Part shown: positions 44,373-57,419 of the stretch, piece after piece
How positions within the stretch are numbered: the first letter of the stretch is position 1
Layout: every line of letters starts with the position of its first letter
Source of the DNA: Geosiphon pyriformis uo1
Lineage: Eukaryota; Fungi; Glomeromycota
Length of the DNA: 60,502 bases
Reading direction: 5' to 3'
Assembly (NCBI GenBank): GCA_016748015.1
Contig: JAAOMT010000529.1
Location: forward strand, 348,287 to 408,788
The notes under the pieces: generated by a model
Database searches by the model: none
What the model saw: only the letters and a program-made list of their open reading frames with translations
Told to the model about the DNA's origin: nothing
Position numbers and translations under genes: made by a program

Positions 44373-46631
44373 ATGAGTGCAGCAGAAATTTTTGAGATAC
44401 CGATAAGCGTTCCAATTGGTCTCTTGATGGGAAGACAGGGTGAAAATCTACGTCTGATACGTGAAAAGACTAATACATGGATCCAATTTTCACGTAAAAA
44501 CAACTGGCCAATCCTTACTTTAAATCCTAAGAAAGGATCAAAAGCATTATTGACACCGGAACAGATCCAAGATACAAAGGATGAAGTTGAGAAATTGTTC
44601 AAGGATTTGAGCCGTAATACCAGCTCAGTTAAGGCACCAAAATCTATTGACTACGCAAAATTGAACTTTTATGGCAAGGCTGAATTGAATGATATTGCAC
44701 AAAAAACTGAAACTGTCCTTTCCATACGTCAATACCAAAATAATTCTTACGTTCTAATCGATAAAAAGAAAACCAGTCATGAATTATCGAGAACGACCAA
44801 GAGAAAAGTAACTCAAGAAATTAAGAAAATATTTAACCATATCGCTCAACAACCAGCGTTAAGCGACGAAAAAGTTCCACAATCAATTAAATTGCCTATA
44901 ATTGAAATTAAGAGTGACTCGAGCACATATTCTGACACTAGCACTTTTGTTGGGTCTAATTCATTTGGTGAGATATCACACGGGAAGCTTCAATTTGGCC
45001 TTTCTTCTAAGATTTCTATTGAAGAAAGATCTTTTTTAAATGAAGGAGACTATAAAGAACAAGTTTCTTTCAATGCAATGAAAATGAACCACCTAGAAGG
45101 AATTGCGGAAGACTATATCGGATCTGGTAAAGAATTTAAAGTTATTAGCAACATGGAATCGACATATTCAGCGGATCCAATTGGTATTTCCAAAAACATC
45201 GAAGAAGCTACAATTTCTTCCCAAGAGCAGATTTCATCTATCATAGATATGACGAAAGATAATGATATTTCGCAACCCTTGGAGAAAACTTCTGAAATAA
45301 TTTTTCCAATTCCCGTTCCATTTGACCAAATATTCCAAGGAGGTCAACGGCCATATGAACTTCGTCTTATTGGAAAAGTGACCGATACCAGAATTCGTGT
45401 CATCACAAAAGCTTCGCGAAATTTGGAATCTAATGATTCTATGACACAAATGATTGTGATTGATAACCTTCCAGATGCCATTTCTGATATTCCACTTAAC
45501 GAAAGACTTCATATGTCCGCAAAGAAAGTTAGGGAATATCTTTTAAATCAAAGGGAACTCTTAGTTACAATAAAGATTCCTGTTCCGAAAGAATTACCAT
45601 ATAATGGCATTAATCCTATAGAGTTGGAAAAAATTGCCCAAGATTCTGGAACTTATATAAAATTTAGTGAATTGGAAGGTCGCAAAATTCGTGGAATTGA
45701 AATTCGTCCTAGTTGTGCACCCCATGAGAAAAATTTGGAGTATGCCCAAGAGAGAATTCATGAAATGCTTCGCAAAGTCTTGTTCATTGAAGATTGTGAC
45801 AAAGATTATAGTTTAAACGATGCGACAATTATTATTGGCATACCTCGAGCTTCCGATTTAATGCTGCTCTTGAAGAGTAGTGGAATACATTTAGATATGG
45901 TCACTAGAGCAAGTGAAACCATGGTCTATGCGTGGAAAATCGACCCATTTAAATTATCTTGGATAAAACTTGTCTCCAAAAAGCGATCAGGGTCAATAAA
46001 AAAAGATTTCAATACAGCAAGGCGAGTCATTGAAAATCTATTTGGTGATAAAGGTATTCAATTTCAATGGCAAGAGTCTACCTCTTTGAAACCCTTAGTT
46101 TCGCGCCCAGTCTGGAAAATTGAGGATAATGAGACAAAAGTTGAAGCAAATATTAAGGAAGCAAGATTTTTTCGAGAGGAGAGCGATATTGATCCTTGTA
46201 AATATAATGAAGAACCCTTGTTACCTTCTAATAACCCAAGAACGTATCAGCAGGACCTTATTCATTCGGACAGCGAAAAGCAATCAGCTTCTTCACGTAT
46301 TTCTAACACTAAAGAACCTGTCATTCAAAAAAAAATACGCAGAGTTTCAAAAGGCCAATCTAGCAGACACCAGCACCTGGATATGCAGACAAAGAAAGAA
46401 ATAGAGACTGATCACTCAGACTCGGTTATTAGACAGCCACTGCTTTTAGACAAGGAAATATCTATAAGCACAGATGAAATCGATGTGAACAAAAGGTTTG
46501 CCGGAAAACCTATTAGATACTCTGCGAAAGAAATTGCGAAAAGGTGGTCTCAATTTCGGAAAGGTTGGCTGGATAACGATTTTTATCGACAGCTAGGATT
46601 GGATTTAGGAAAAACGAGTATCCAAAAGTAA
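44373..46631 (+). CDS. Intronless multi-KH-domain putative RNA-binding protein
   Basis: EIPISVPIGLLMGRQGENLRLIREKTNTWIQF is a type-I KH motif with a GxxG loop, followed by several degenerate KH-like units. C-terminal WLDNDFYRQLGLDLGK. Confidence 0.82.
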   Translation: MSAAEIFEIPISVPIGLLMGRQGENLRLIREKTNTWIQFSRKNNWPILTLNPKKGSKALLTPEQIQDTKDEVEKLFKDLSRNTSSVKAPKSIDYAKLNFYGKAELNDIAQKTETVLSIRQYQNNSYVLIDKKKTSHELSRTTKRKVTQEIKKIFNHIAQQPALSDEKVPQSIKLPIIEIKSDSSTYSDTSTFVGSNSFGEISHGKLQFGLSSKISIEERSFLNEGDYKEQVSFNAMKMNHLEGIAEDYIGSGKEFKVISNMESTYSADPIGISKNIEEATISSQEQISSIIDMTKDNDISQPLEKTSEIIFPIPVPFDQIFQGGQRPYELRLIGKVTDTRIRVITKASRNLESNDSMTQMIVIDNLPDAISDIPLNERLHMSAKKVREYLLNQRELLVTIKIPVPKELPYNGINPIELEKIAQDSGTYIKFSELEGRKIRGIEIRPSCAPHEKNLEYAQERIHEMLRKVLFIEDCDKDYSLNDATIIIGIPRASDLMLLLKSSGIHLDMVTRASETMVYAWKIDPFKLSWIKLVSKKRSGSIKKDFNTARRVIENLFGDKGIQFQWQESTSLKPLVSRPVWKIEDNETKVEANIKEARFFREESDIDPCKYNEEPLLPSNNPRTYQQDLIHSDSEKQSASSRISNTKEPVIQKKIRRVSKGQSSRHQHLDMQTKKEIETDHSDSVIRQPLLLDKEISISTDEIDVNKRFAGKPIRYSAKEIAKRWSQFRKGWLDNDFYRQLGLDLGKTSIQK

Positions 46632-48639
46632 CGCATTGTGGTACAATTAAAGAATTTTGTTTCTGTCCAAAGGGGCAATTTTAAATGTCTAAATTATCTT
46701 TATTTTAAAAATTTTGTCAATAATTTAAGTTTTTTTTCTTGAAGCTGAAATTAATAATATACCAAATATTAATTTTCAATTGGAGTATTAGTTTCAGTAT
46801 TTAACTTGTAAATTTGAATCTAAATCAATATATTTTAATTATAAAGCTTAGTTACCGCTGAATAAAGAAAATGTATATTAGAGTTGGATATATAAAAAAT
46901 AGGTAATGAGAAAATTTTTATGAAAAAATCGAGTTTTAAAATAAATTACGCTGAAACAAATTGCAGCGGCAATCGAAATATATTTTTAAAAATATAAATT
47001 CAAGACGGGAACAAAAATTTCTTTCATGAAATTTTATTATTGTTAATAAATTTATATCCATTACTCATTATAGAGATAATCAATTTGAGGTATTTAAATA
47101 GCAAAATTAGATTTTTCGATCCAAAACTATTAAATATTGGTGATTGTTATTTCTTGCTGCCAAAAACTGCTGGACAAAGAATCTGAACAGATTATTAAAT
47201 ATGCATATATTCTAAATAAATTCGAAAACTATTAAATATTCTTTCTTTGTATATCGAGTAATCTGGGTAAGAAGTCCAATTTAAAGAATTAAAAAGATAT
47301 TGTGTCTCAATGAACTTTGCAAATTTCACAAATCCATCAATATGGTATTAAAATGAAGAGTTCAGAAATCCAAAATTATTCTTTTGATCAGAATATAAAT
47401 TTAACTTTTAGATTCGGCTCACAAGTAAATATGATCTGCATTCTTAAGCGTTTAAAGTTGGCCAATTGCAATCAGTAAAAGCATATTTTGATTTCAATCG
47501 TTTTTCAAAAAATTGACTATAAATGAGTTTATTCCAGTAAAAAATTTTGTGGATTATTTAAAATAGAGTCCTTACATTTTTGTGAGAATAAAGGAAAACT
47601 TCTTTTTTATGACTGCTCTATAAAGAACTGTTTATCATTCCTATCAAAATATTCTAGGCGAAAAATACTTAACTTAAATAAACTTGGATTTTTGACAATT
47701 CATTATATTCAGCCAAAAATAAACTAATATAAATAGACTATTTTACTTTTCTAATTAAAATAAATATTTTCCACATATTTTAAATGATTGAAAATTTTTT
47801 ATTGGAATTTTGGTTTGAGTAAAAGTTTATTTTGTTTGCTCGAAAAATTTTGAAAATGGATCTATTATTGAAACATTATTTAAGAGCACATTCCAAACTT
47901 TATATTTTGAAATCATCAATTAACAAAATTTAATTTTTTTTGAAATTTTAATTCTGTAAGTAAAGAAACATTTTTACTTAATGAAATAAGTTCGTGCTAA
48001 GGAAAGGGTTTCGTTTTAAATACAACTTCGCAGATATTAAACATATTCTGATGAGATTATTTCTTTCAAAACAAAAAAACTTTTTATTTATATTTAGTAA
48101 GAATGTTCTTTTAAACCCAGCCATTAAAAAAAAGGATTATTAAAAACCAAATATATTTCATTTCAAAATGGAATTAATGATCAAAGTGAATTATTTTGTA
48201 AACTCTTTAATTAAAATCTTATAATCAAATTTTTGTTTTGTAAAAGTAATGCTTTCAGAAATTTTTCCTTCTTTTGACTGCCCAATTCTTAATTACAATT
48301 GTTGAAAAATTACTATCTTTGCTTTTCAATTTCAGACTAATAAAATCAAGAAAATTTTCATTTGAGAATACCTAATCGAAGTATCAAAACTAAATCACTG
48401 CTCTCTTAGAGCAGCCTTAAGTTCTCCTAAAGTCTTTAGAGAAACTTCGGGTTTTCAGATATTAGTTTCCAGATATTTTCTATAGGATTAAAAGTTCGTG
48501 ATCAATGCATACTTTTGATTTTTTTATTTGCAAACCATTTCACAACTTCATTTGCAGTATAAATTGGTGTATTATCTTATTGAAACACTAAGTTATTTTA
48601 CTAGAAAAATTCACGACAAAAAAATTCCTACTTACCTAG

Positions 48640-49171
48640 CTATTGGCAAGCATGAACTGAGGCACTATTTTGTAAAATGGTAAATATATATTTTGGTAAT
48701 ATTTTCTTCTCATCAAGTTACTCGTTTAATTGCTTAATTTTTTAAAAGAAATAACTTTTTTACTGCTATATGGAATCGAATTCCTGCATCATGAAGTATT
48801 ATTCCAGATTTTTAAAAAAATCACTCAAGCTCTAAATTGTTAACAATATCACAAAGTGGCTTTTCATATAGTGTATTTTTTTGGTTTGTTTTGTAAATCT
48901 TCTATTTTTTGATCCTTTTGTATTTAGCTAGGAGCCGTCATATTGTTGTGAGGTCGCACTTTATTTTCTTCGCAACTTTCTTAGGACTCATAATTTTAAA
49001 AAAGAACCAGTATTTTGCCTTTATCAATATCGGTTAGCTGCATCATATTTCCTCCAACAAATGTATAAACGTTGAAAAAAATAATAAACAAAGAATTGGG
49101 ACCACTAAAAAAAAGTTTAAATGAGAAAATTCTTGCTGATCTGGTTAGTCACGTTACCTCAGAGGGGACTG
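48640..49171 (-). mobile_element. Tc1/mariner transposon remnant (one end plus decayed N-terminal HTH)
   Basis: The minus strand reads TA|CAGTCCCCTC at 49173-49162 (TA target plus CAGT terminus). It is followed by MMQLTDIDKGKILVLFKIMSPKKVAKKIKCDLTTI*RLLAKYK. The far boundary is approximate. Confidence 0.7.
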
Positions 49172-49928
49172 TACATGTATAAGGTTTTTTACAAAAGACC
49201 AGTCAAAGATTTTTATTCAACCACATTCATTACCTTTAAAACAAAACTTATAACTCCCTGTGCAAGTTCATTATAGCTTAAAAGAAAGTTAAAAAAGCCA
49301 TTTCATTATAATTTCACCAGATTTGATGATTAAAATCTAACCATTAAAATGATATAAAAGCAGAGAATCGGATATTTTTCCCCATCTAATTATGAAATTA
49401 ATTACAACTTTCTTTGGAATATTAATCCAATTTTGAAAAGTGTTTTACATAATAATTAGCTTGTCATCATTTGTCAAAAACAAAAATAAGATATTCTTCT
49501 TTACTATAGAAAAATCTAATCTATAAAAAATCTTTGGGCATGTGATAAGTTTGATTTTTTACTGCGATACCAGTTTTTCAAGTTATTGAAAACAAACCAA
49601 AAAGCCATTTCATTAGAATAAAATTTCATTTTAATTATTATTTTAAGTTTTTGCACCTTTTTTTTATGTTTTCTATAAAAATTGGTGTAACTAATATTAG
49701 TTTTTTTATCTTTATGAAATGAATCTAAAATCATTATAATTTAAAATATATAATACACTTTATTATGAGTGAATTATATTTATCAAAAGTTTTCTAAATG
49801 TAAATTCTTTAAAATTTCTGAAATATATACATAAATTCTGTTTTGAAAATATCATTTAAAAAAAAGTGAGCTATGATGAATCAAAGAATTAATCAATATA
49901 AAAACTTTACTAAATTAGATAAACTAAC

Positions 49929-50305
49929 CTTTTGTTTCTTGAATCATTTGCAAACTTAAAAGAGGACTTGTATAAACTACTTTTGGATGAATGTATTGAA
50001 TAATTTGTTGTTGCATCGTTCTTCAATATTTCTTTTACATATTTATTTGATTCTTTAAACTGTTCTATTTCAGACGCATTAGATTCATGCAGTTCTAAAT
50101 CTTAATAAGTTCCCCCAAATTCTTTTCAACTCTTCGGCAGTAGGAAGATTCTTAGAATTAGGATCCCAACACTTTTCAATGAGTTTAGCAATTGAAGGTG
50201 TAACAAGTGGGGAGGTAATCTTAGGTTTAGCCCCATTTAAAATAGCCATTACAAGAAGATGATTATGTTTACGATCATGAAAAGGAGGCTTTACTGTTGC
50301 TAATT
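49929..50305 (-). pseudogene. 5'-truncated TKL kinase C-lobe fragment (copy K8)
   Basis: Reads LATVKPPFHDRKHNHLLVMAILNGAKPKITSPLVTPSIAKLIEKCWDPNSKNLPTA...HPKVVYTSPLL..QMIQETK, ending at the conserved AAAG|GTTAGT donor. Confidence 0.88.
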
Positions 50306-51760
50306 GCTAAAATTAATAAACAGGTTTAACTATAAATGACTCAAGTGGCTATAATGCACAAAGAGGCCAAACAAGTTTGCCTAATAAAATTTAAACGTAA
50401 TACGACGCCTGACCATTTTGTTTATCCACAAGTACTTTTGGCACATCACTCAAACCTCTAACTTAAAAATAGTGCTGGGAATGATTTCACTATAGGTTAC
50501 ACAGATTTCTATGCCTAAAATTGTATTAATGGCTGAAATAAAAATTAGAGTTTAAACCCTAATTTGCGATAAAAAAAATCAATTATCATTTGATCAATGA
50601 TCAAATTAAACCTATTTCTGTCTAAATTTCTTTGAAAAAATCAAGGACATATTCATATTAAAGTAATAAATATGTAGTATATTTTAAAGATTTTTTTAAA
50701 TAAAAAATAACTGATTAATTTTGAAAATTATCATTGTAAAATAAAATGAAAAACGAAATAAAGCCAGCATCAGTTAAATAATTTTAAAAAAAATTTGGTC
50801 TATCTAATTTGAGTTATTTTATTTAATTAAATAATATCATAAATTTTAAAAATGGATTGATTAAATTAATTTTTATAAATCATACATAATTTGTTATGTT
50901 TAACATAAAAATTCATTTTCGGTTAAATGTTTCAGTTTCTAATTTTTTTAAAAATCGAATTTAAAAATTGTTAATATTTCAAAAAATCCTTTATTTAAGT
51001 ATAATGTAAATTGAATAATTTTAAAATATATTTCTTGTCTAATTAATTTTTTTTAAAAAAAAAGCAAAACAACAAGTTTGGAAGTTTCAACTGAATAAAT
51101 CTTAGTTCTAAAGATGATAATTATTAAGGTGAATTTAATATTTTTTAAATAATACTACACACTTCGGCTTAACAGAAAACAAGTTTGAATTGCAGATATT
51201 AAAATGGTAAATTAGCGGCCAATTTTTTGATAAAATAGAGTCACATTACTTAATCAATTTGAAATTTATACCGCCCTTATTTAAAAGTCTCTAATTAGTT
51301 TGTTTTATAAAAAATATTTTATAGATGATGTAAGAGAAGAACTTCCTTTCATATCTAAAATTTTGATGTATGAGTTCAAATTTAGTTTAGAGAGAAACTG
51401 AAGAGCTAATAAAAACAAAGAAATTAATGTTTTGGTGGATCATCCCACAAAGCCTAAATCGTTTTTATCATTATTATTGTTGCTGTTCTATAAATAAATT
51501 GGAGAAACGTGTTTGGCGTTTTTATTTATTATAGCTACTTAAAATTTATTCATATTTAGTATGATTTGTAGCTGATGAATAAGGTTGAGAAATAGATTTG
51601 TTACACTATGCGAACATAGAAGAAACAACATAAATAAGAACTCGCCTTTAGACAAATAACGTTCTAAACGTACTATCAAATAAACGTTTAAAGAAATCCT
51701 CTTTGAATAATAACTTATTCACTTTTTATCCTTCTTTATCCTTTGTTCTTTATCCACATC

Positions 51761-53284
51761 ATGGAAAATCAAGAAATTAATAGATATCGTCCAGATGTTC
51801 ATGATTGCAACGAATGTAAACGGTGTCAAGGATGTATTAAAAATAATCGTAATAATAATAATTGTAGAGCATGCTGGTTTATATTTTTTGAAAAACATTA
51901 TAAAGACTTTTCAAGCGGTAATGACGAAGTTGATGAAATGATTAAGAATCCAATCTACTTTCCACCTAAGAAGAATAATTATGAGGGTAGTTTGAATTAC
52001 TATGAATGGATTCCATGGGAGCGTTTGTTGAATATCAATGAAATTGCTAGAGGAGGGCTCGGTATAATTTATAAAGCAACCATAATTGATGGATTAATTG
52101 ATGAGCGTAGTATAAAACATCATGGTGAGATGGAATATAAAAGAGGAAAATTTAATGAAGATGAAGAAAGGATTGATGAAGTAGCAATAAAAATTATCCC
52201 AACGAACAGTTTAGAAGTGTTTAAAGAGGTAAACAAACTATTATTATTTATATCTATATAAAATTAATTCATATTTATCTATTATTTATTCATTTATTTA
52301 CTGTATATTATCTATTTATTTTTTTACAGTTAAATATTCAAAGAGCTATGTTTATTAAGAATGGGTATTTTGGTTATGTCTCTTCAATATTGGGGATTAC
52401 GCAAAACGCTGAAACACTCGAGTATGGAATTGTGATGGAGTTTGCCGAACATGGTGACATCCGAAAATATTTATCAAAAAACTTTCATTCTATAGATTCT
52501 ATAAGTTTCACAGAAAAAAGAACGATCGCGTTTCAAATAGCTTTAGGACTTGAAGAAATTCATGACTCTGGTATGGTTCATCGTAACCTACACTCGGGCA
52601 ACATCCTACAATATAAATCTATGACATCTAACACACGAATTTGCGACCTCCGATTATGTCAACCTACAAACAATGAAGCAACAACAACAAAGGAAAAAAA
52701 GATATATGGAGTGATTCCATACATTCCACCAGAAGTTTTAAGAGGAGAAAAGTTTACTGTGGCTGGTGATATTTATAGTTTTGCCATGTTATTATGGGAA
52801 TTAGCAACAGGAAAGCCTCCTTTTTATGATCGTTCTCATGACCTTTTTCTCGTGATGGATATTCTTTATAATGGTATTAGACCTAAGATTACCTCTCCAC
52901 TTATTCCCCCTTCTTATGCTGAAATAATTGTAAAGTGTTGGGATGTTAATCCTGAAAATCGTCCTACTGCCAGAGAAGTTTATGAGATGTTGAATGAGCT
53001 TACGTTTTCGGAGTCCGAGTTTTGGGATTCAGATAATTACGTAAAAGAAATGGTAAAGAACGACTCGACAACAAATCATTCAACAACAACGATAACTCAC
53101 ATTCATCCAGGAGCAGTTTATACAAGTCGTCTTTTTACTTTGCAAATAATTGAAGAGACAAAAGGTTAGTTTATCTATTTCGTATTGATTAATTTATTGA
53201 TTTAATTATTTTACATTATATTAACAATTTAATTTATATCAATTTATAAAAGAATTTGTTTATATGCCTGAATATAAGAGTTAA
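51761..53284 (+). CDS. TKL-family pseudokinase with intact ORF (copy K6)
   Basis: Exons 51761-52228, 52330-53164 and 53253-53284. The third donor is mutated GT>AT, so it reads through to EFVYMPEYKS*. Motifs are GGLG, HRNLHSGN (catalytic D>N) and CDLR (DFG-equivalent G>R). Confidence 0.85.
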
Positions 53285-55300
53285 AAAAGTTAGAATATAA
53301 TTATATACTCTTATTTATTTTATTATCTATTATATTTAGACAACTCTTAATAGATCTAATTGTGATCGCTCATCTTAATTTTCCATTCGTGAATTATCTC
53401 ATTTTTAAGCTCTATAATGAGATTATTATGTTTATTAAATTCATTTCAATATATATTCTTTTATTAATTCATTATAAAGAATATTCTTCACATCTAAATA
53501 ATAATATTTTTTAAAACTAATTTATAAGTAAATTATATTGGAAAACAATTTATTAAAAATTAATAAAATAATAAATTTTTAAATAAATATAACAATCTAA
53601 AAATATCGAATAATCAAAATAAATAAGTAATTTCTAAGAAATCTGCAATCTTTAAAATAAAGCTATAGTTTATAACTTTATAGTTTATTGCTAATAAATC
53701 AATAAAAAGTTTTTTTCCTGCTGAAGGTATAGTCCAACCACAGACTATTTTCTTAAGACACATTTATCATACATTAGACGTGTATCGTAAATAAACCGCG
53801 CGTAACCAGCCGCTCAACTACTCTTTAGCAAATTTCCGATTGGATACTAGTTTCAAAAATTCATCTCCAAAGATGTTACACTGTTTGAAGCGGCTTGCGT
53901 ACGCCCATGTCGCATAAATATCCAAGCCTCAAAAAAAGTTTTAATTATTAAATAATTAAATCCAAATTTTTTTTAGCAATAATTAAATAAATTAAATTAA
54001 TTTATTTAGAAAATGAAAATTTAGAAAGAAATTAAACTAATGAATTTAAAATTTAAAATTTGTTATAAAATTTATATTTTATCTAAAAAAATTCAATTAA
54101 ATATTAAAACCAAATTTATTTAACAAAGTTTTATAACACATTTTGAAATTTTAGGTTATTGTATTTTTATATAATTATCATATGTTAATTTAATATTAGT
54201 AAAACAAATTTTTAGTATAAATTGTTTTTATTTTATGTAAATAAATTAAAATACAAATTTAAAATAAAATTACTATATTTTAAATTGATAAAAAGATTGT
54301 AGATAATTTAAATTAATGAAAAAAGCTTTAGATAATTTAAAAATAAAAATATCAAAACAATTTTAAATATTTATTGAATCGATTTTCGTTTCAAATCTAT
54401 TGATAATTATCTAAAATATTAATTTTTTTGTAGAGTAATAAATTAATAACCTAAGGTTATTTAAAAAAAATAGAATAGAAGTTTATAAATTTAAAAATTA
54501 AAAATTTTTACATTTTTTTTAAGAACTTAATAAATTTACTTAGATAACTTAAAATCTAAAATATAAATATTTCTTTATTTGTTATTATTATATTTTGAAT
54601 ATTAAAATTTAATAAACATTTAAGAATTATTTTTAAATTAGATGAGATTTAAATTTTCAAAACTATTCTATAAAATACATTAATAAATAAATATTTTATC
54701 TTTTAATGTGTTGGTAGCCAATATTTTCGAATGTTTCGAAAGAGTTAAGGAATAGCTTTTGAGCAATATTTTAGGGTAGAATCGCTGATTCTTGACGGAT
54801 ATAATATTGTCCAATCGTTTTTGATATTTCTATCGTAATTTTGTTTGGGCAACTATTTCTTTTTCGGTGTTTTCTGTTGTGTTTTATCTTCAACTTTTTG
54901 AACTGACCTCTCCTTCAATAATCTATTAAAACTTATTACCGTGTTTTATATTAGACGAAGACATTTCTTGACTATAATTGTGCAAATGTGGAAGGAAAAT
55001 ATGTTTCAAAACTTGTAAAATTATACAGGACAAATAGTTTGAAATGTAAATTATTTGATAATAGAATCGTAAAATTTTTAAAAGTATACTTCAGAATATA
55101 CTTTATTAATTAATTCAAATTGAGCTTTGAATTTTCCCATTGTAAAAAACTAAAATTAAGGCTAGCTCGCAAGATAATTTGAGAATAAAAAAAATTATAT
55201 ATGCCTATTTAGATTTAAATCTCAATTAACAAGTTTTATGTTAGACACTCAACATAAATATTTAAAAATATTAAATGTTTTATCAATATTTTTACAGAGG

Positions 55301-56650
55301 CTAGTTTTTATTTTTAACTTCACGATTACAACCACCATTTTCGGTCAGTTCATTCAATGCACCATAAGTTTCTGAATTGAAACCCTGCAAATATTTTTGA
55401 CTCAAGAACTGAGAAAGCAATTTAACTTTTCTTTTCAAAACTTCAATCTCATTCATTTGAACTGCAGGCGACGGAGTCGATTCCAATCTCTCATTTGAAT
55501 GACTCATCGTATCAACTCCCAACATCAAATTATTGTTTAATTCCGATAACGGAGAATGAGATGGTGATCGATCAATTTTGAAACATGGAACATCAACATT
55601 TTGTTGGGCCGAAGTTGGAGAAAGATCATGTAAAATGTCTGCGCGTTTAGACTTTGATTTTTGGCGGTTTTTCTTGGCGTCAGGGGAGCTTTGGAGAAGA
55701 TATTGTTGGATTATGCCCCAAGACTTAAATTTTCCATTACCAAAAAGAATTAGCCATATCGCAGAAATAAAGGTCAACAAGCCACCAACAGATGCAATAA
55801 AGTCAACCCAATTATAAGCTCTCTTTTCTGTATATCTTGTGACCTTGAAAATAATATGAAATTTTATTTAATCATTAATTGAGGTGTGAGATAAAGATCT
55901 ATCATAGAAACTTACCAAAAAATCGATTGGAAAATAAATAATCTCACATATTAGAAATCCTGAAATATCCAGAGACTTTTCATGCTGAAACTTTTCACTC
56001 TCTTTGTACCAGTGACTATTTCCTTCTACATCAATCCTCTCAATCGATTTGAATGTGAGCTTATGCAGCTCACCGTCACTTAATTTGAATGTCTTCCCGT
56101 CTTGATAATTGTCAATTCCTACATATGTAGTATAAAATAAACCAATTGAATCTTTCAAAGGAGTTTGTCGAATTAGATTACGCCAAAATCTGATTCTAAT
56201 CGATTCTATTCCTTCTCGTTTATAAATTAATTTCGAGTCATTTGATTGCTGAAATAATAAACATGGAACTGGATATTCTTCACGAGGTTCGAATTTAACT
56301 CTTGTAGAATTTGATGCTGTCCCATTCATAAAAATATAATCGGAGGCTATATTATTATCCGCAATTTGATATTCTATTGTCACTTTTTCTATGGCCGTTT
56401 CAAATTTTTGCGAGTCCTTTCGATCAAATACGCAAATGTATGCGTCTGGAACTGGAATACCATTGATATATTTATTATTAAGTAGTGAAATAGATATTAA
56501 TGGCTCTTGGTTGTTAAATAATTTTTTAAAGTTTGGGGTTGAGACGATGATAATGATTGCACAAAGAGTGGTGGAAACTAGAAGACGAATTCCTAGTTCT
56601 GGATTTCGTTTTAAGTAACCTATTTTTCTAAAAAGCTTTGAAAAAAACAT
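55301..56650 (-). CDS. Two-TM membrane protein with a large extracellular loop (ENaC/ASIC-like topology), paralog A
   Basis: Exons 56650-55916 and 55843-55301 join in frame. TM1 (IRLLVSTTLCAIIIIVS), then GIPVPDAYIC, then TM2 (WVDFIASVGGLLTFISAIWLILFG), followed by GKFKSWGIIQQY. Confidence 0.82.
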
Positions 56651-57419
56651 AATTTTCAAAGATAAAATAAAAAATATTTTCTAGCACTAAATGGAATGAA
56701 TATAAATTTGGAAATGATATTGAAAAAAAAGACTAATATGTCTGAAAATAGATGAATATAAGGAAAATTAAATTCTTGCTTAGTTTTGTAGATAGGAAAA
56801 AAACTTGAACCGATGAGTAAAAAAAATGCTTTACTAAAATTTTTTTATCAACATAGAGATGCTAATATTTCTCATAGAGGATTACAATGGCATGATTATT
56901 TAGTTTATTATTTTTTGTAAGTTTTAAACTTGGAAATGGGCTTTACTATAGATAAATTATGGATAATCAAAAGTTCTTTCGGGATTTTGTAAACCAACTA
57001 AATAAACCAAACGAGGATAAAATTAAATAAAATCTAAAGAAAATAATCATTATAAATATTTTTACTTTGAGGTAGCATTAAAAATTTTAAAATAAACCAT
57101 TTTTTGGTGATAATTGTTCCAGGAAATATCTTAAACTACTTATCATTAATAACATTCATTTTCCATAAATAAAAATTTAGGTAAACATTCATAAACAGAT
57201 TCAATCGATACACCGAGTAGAAAGTATTGGTGGAATGATTGATCTTTGGAATTTATTTGCTTGTTTTTTTTAAAAATTTGACCAAAAAAACATTTCTATC
57301 AAATTTTCCTTTTAGTTATAATTTTTTTTTTGAATTTTTAATCTCTTGAATATAAAACCCAATTAGTCAAATTCCATCTGTTAAATTTTCATTTGTCCTC
57401 TCACAATTTTAAATTTAAA

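Noticed and set aside
46900-47720. Possible degenerate coding or TE remnant
   Set aside because: Multiple stops and no recognisable domain.
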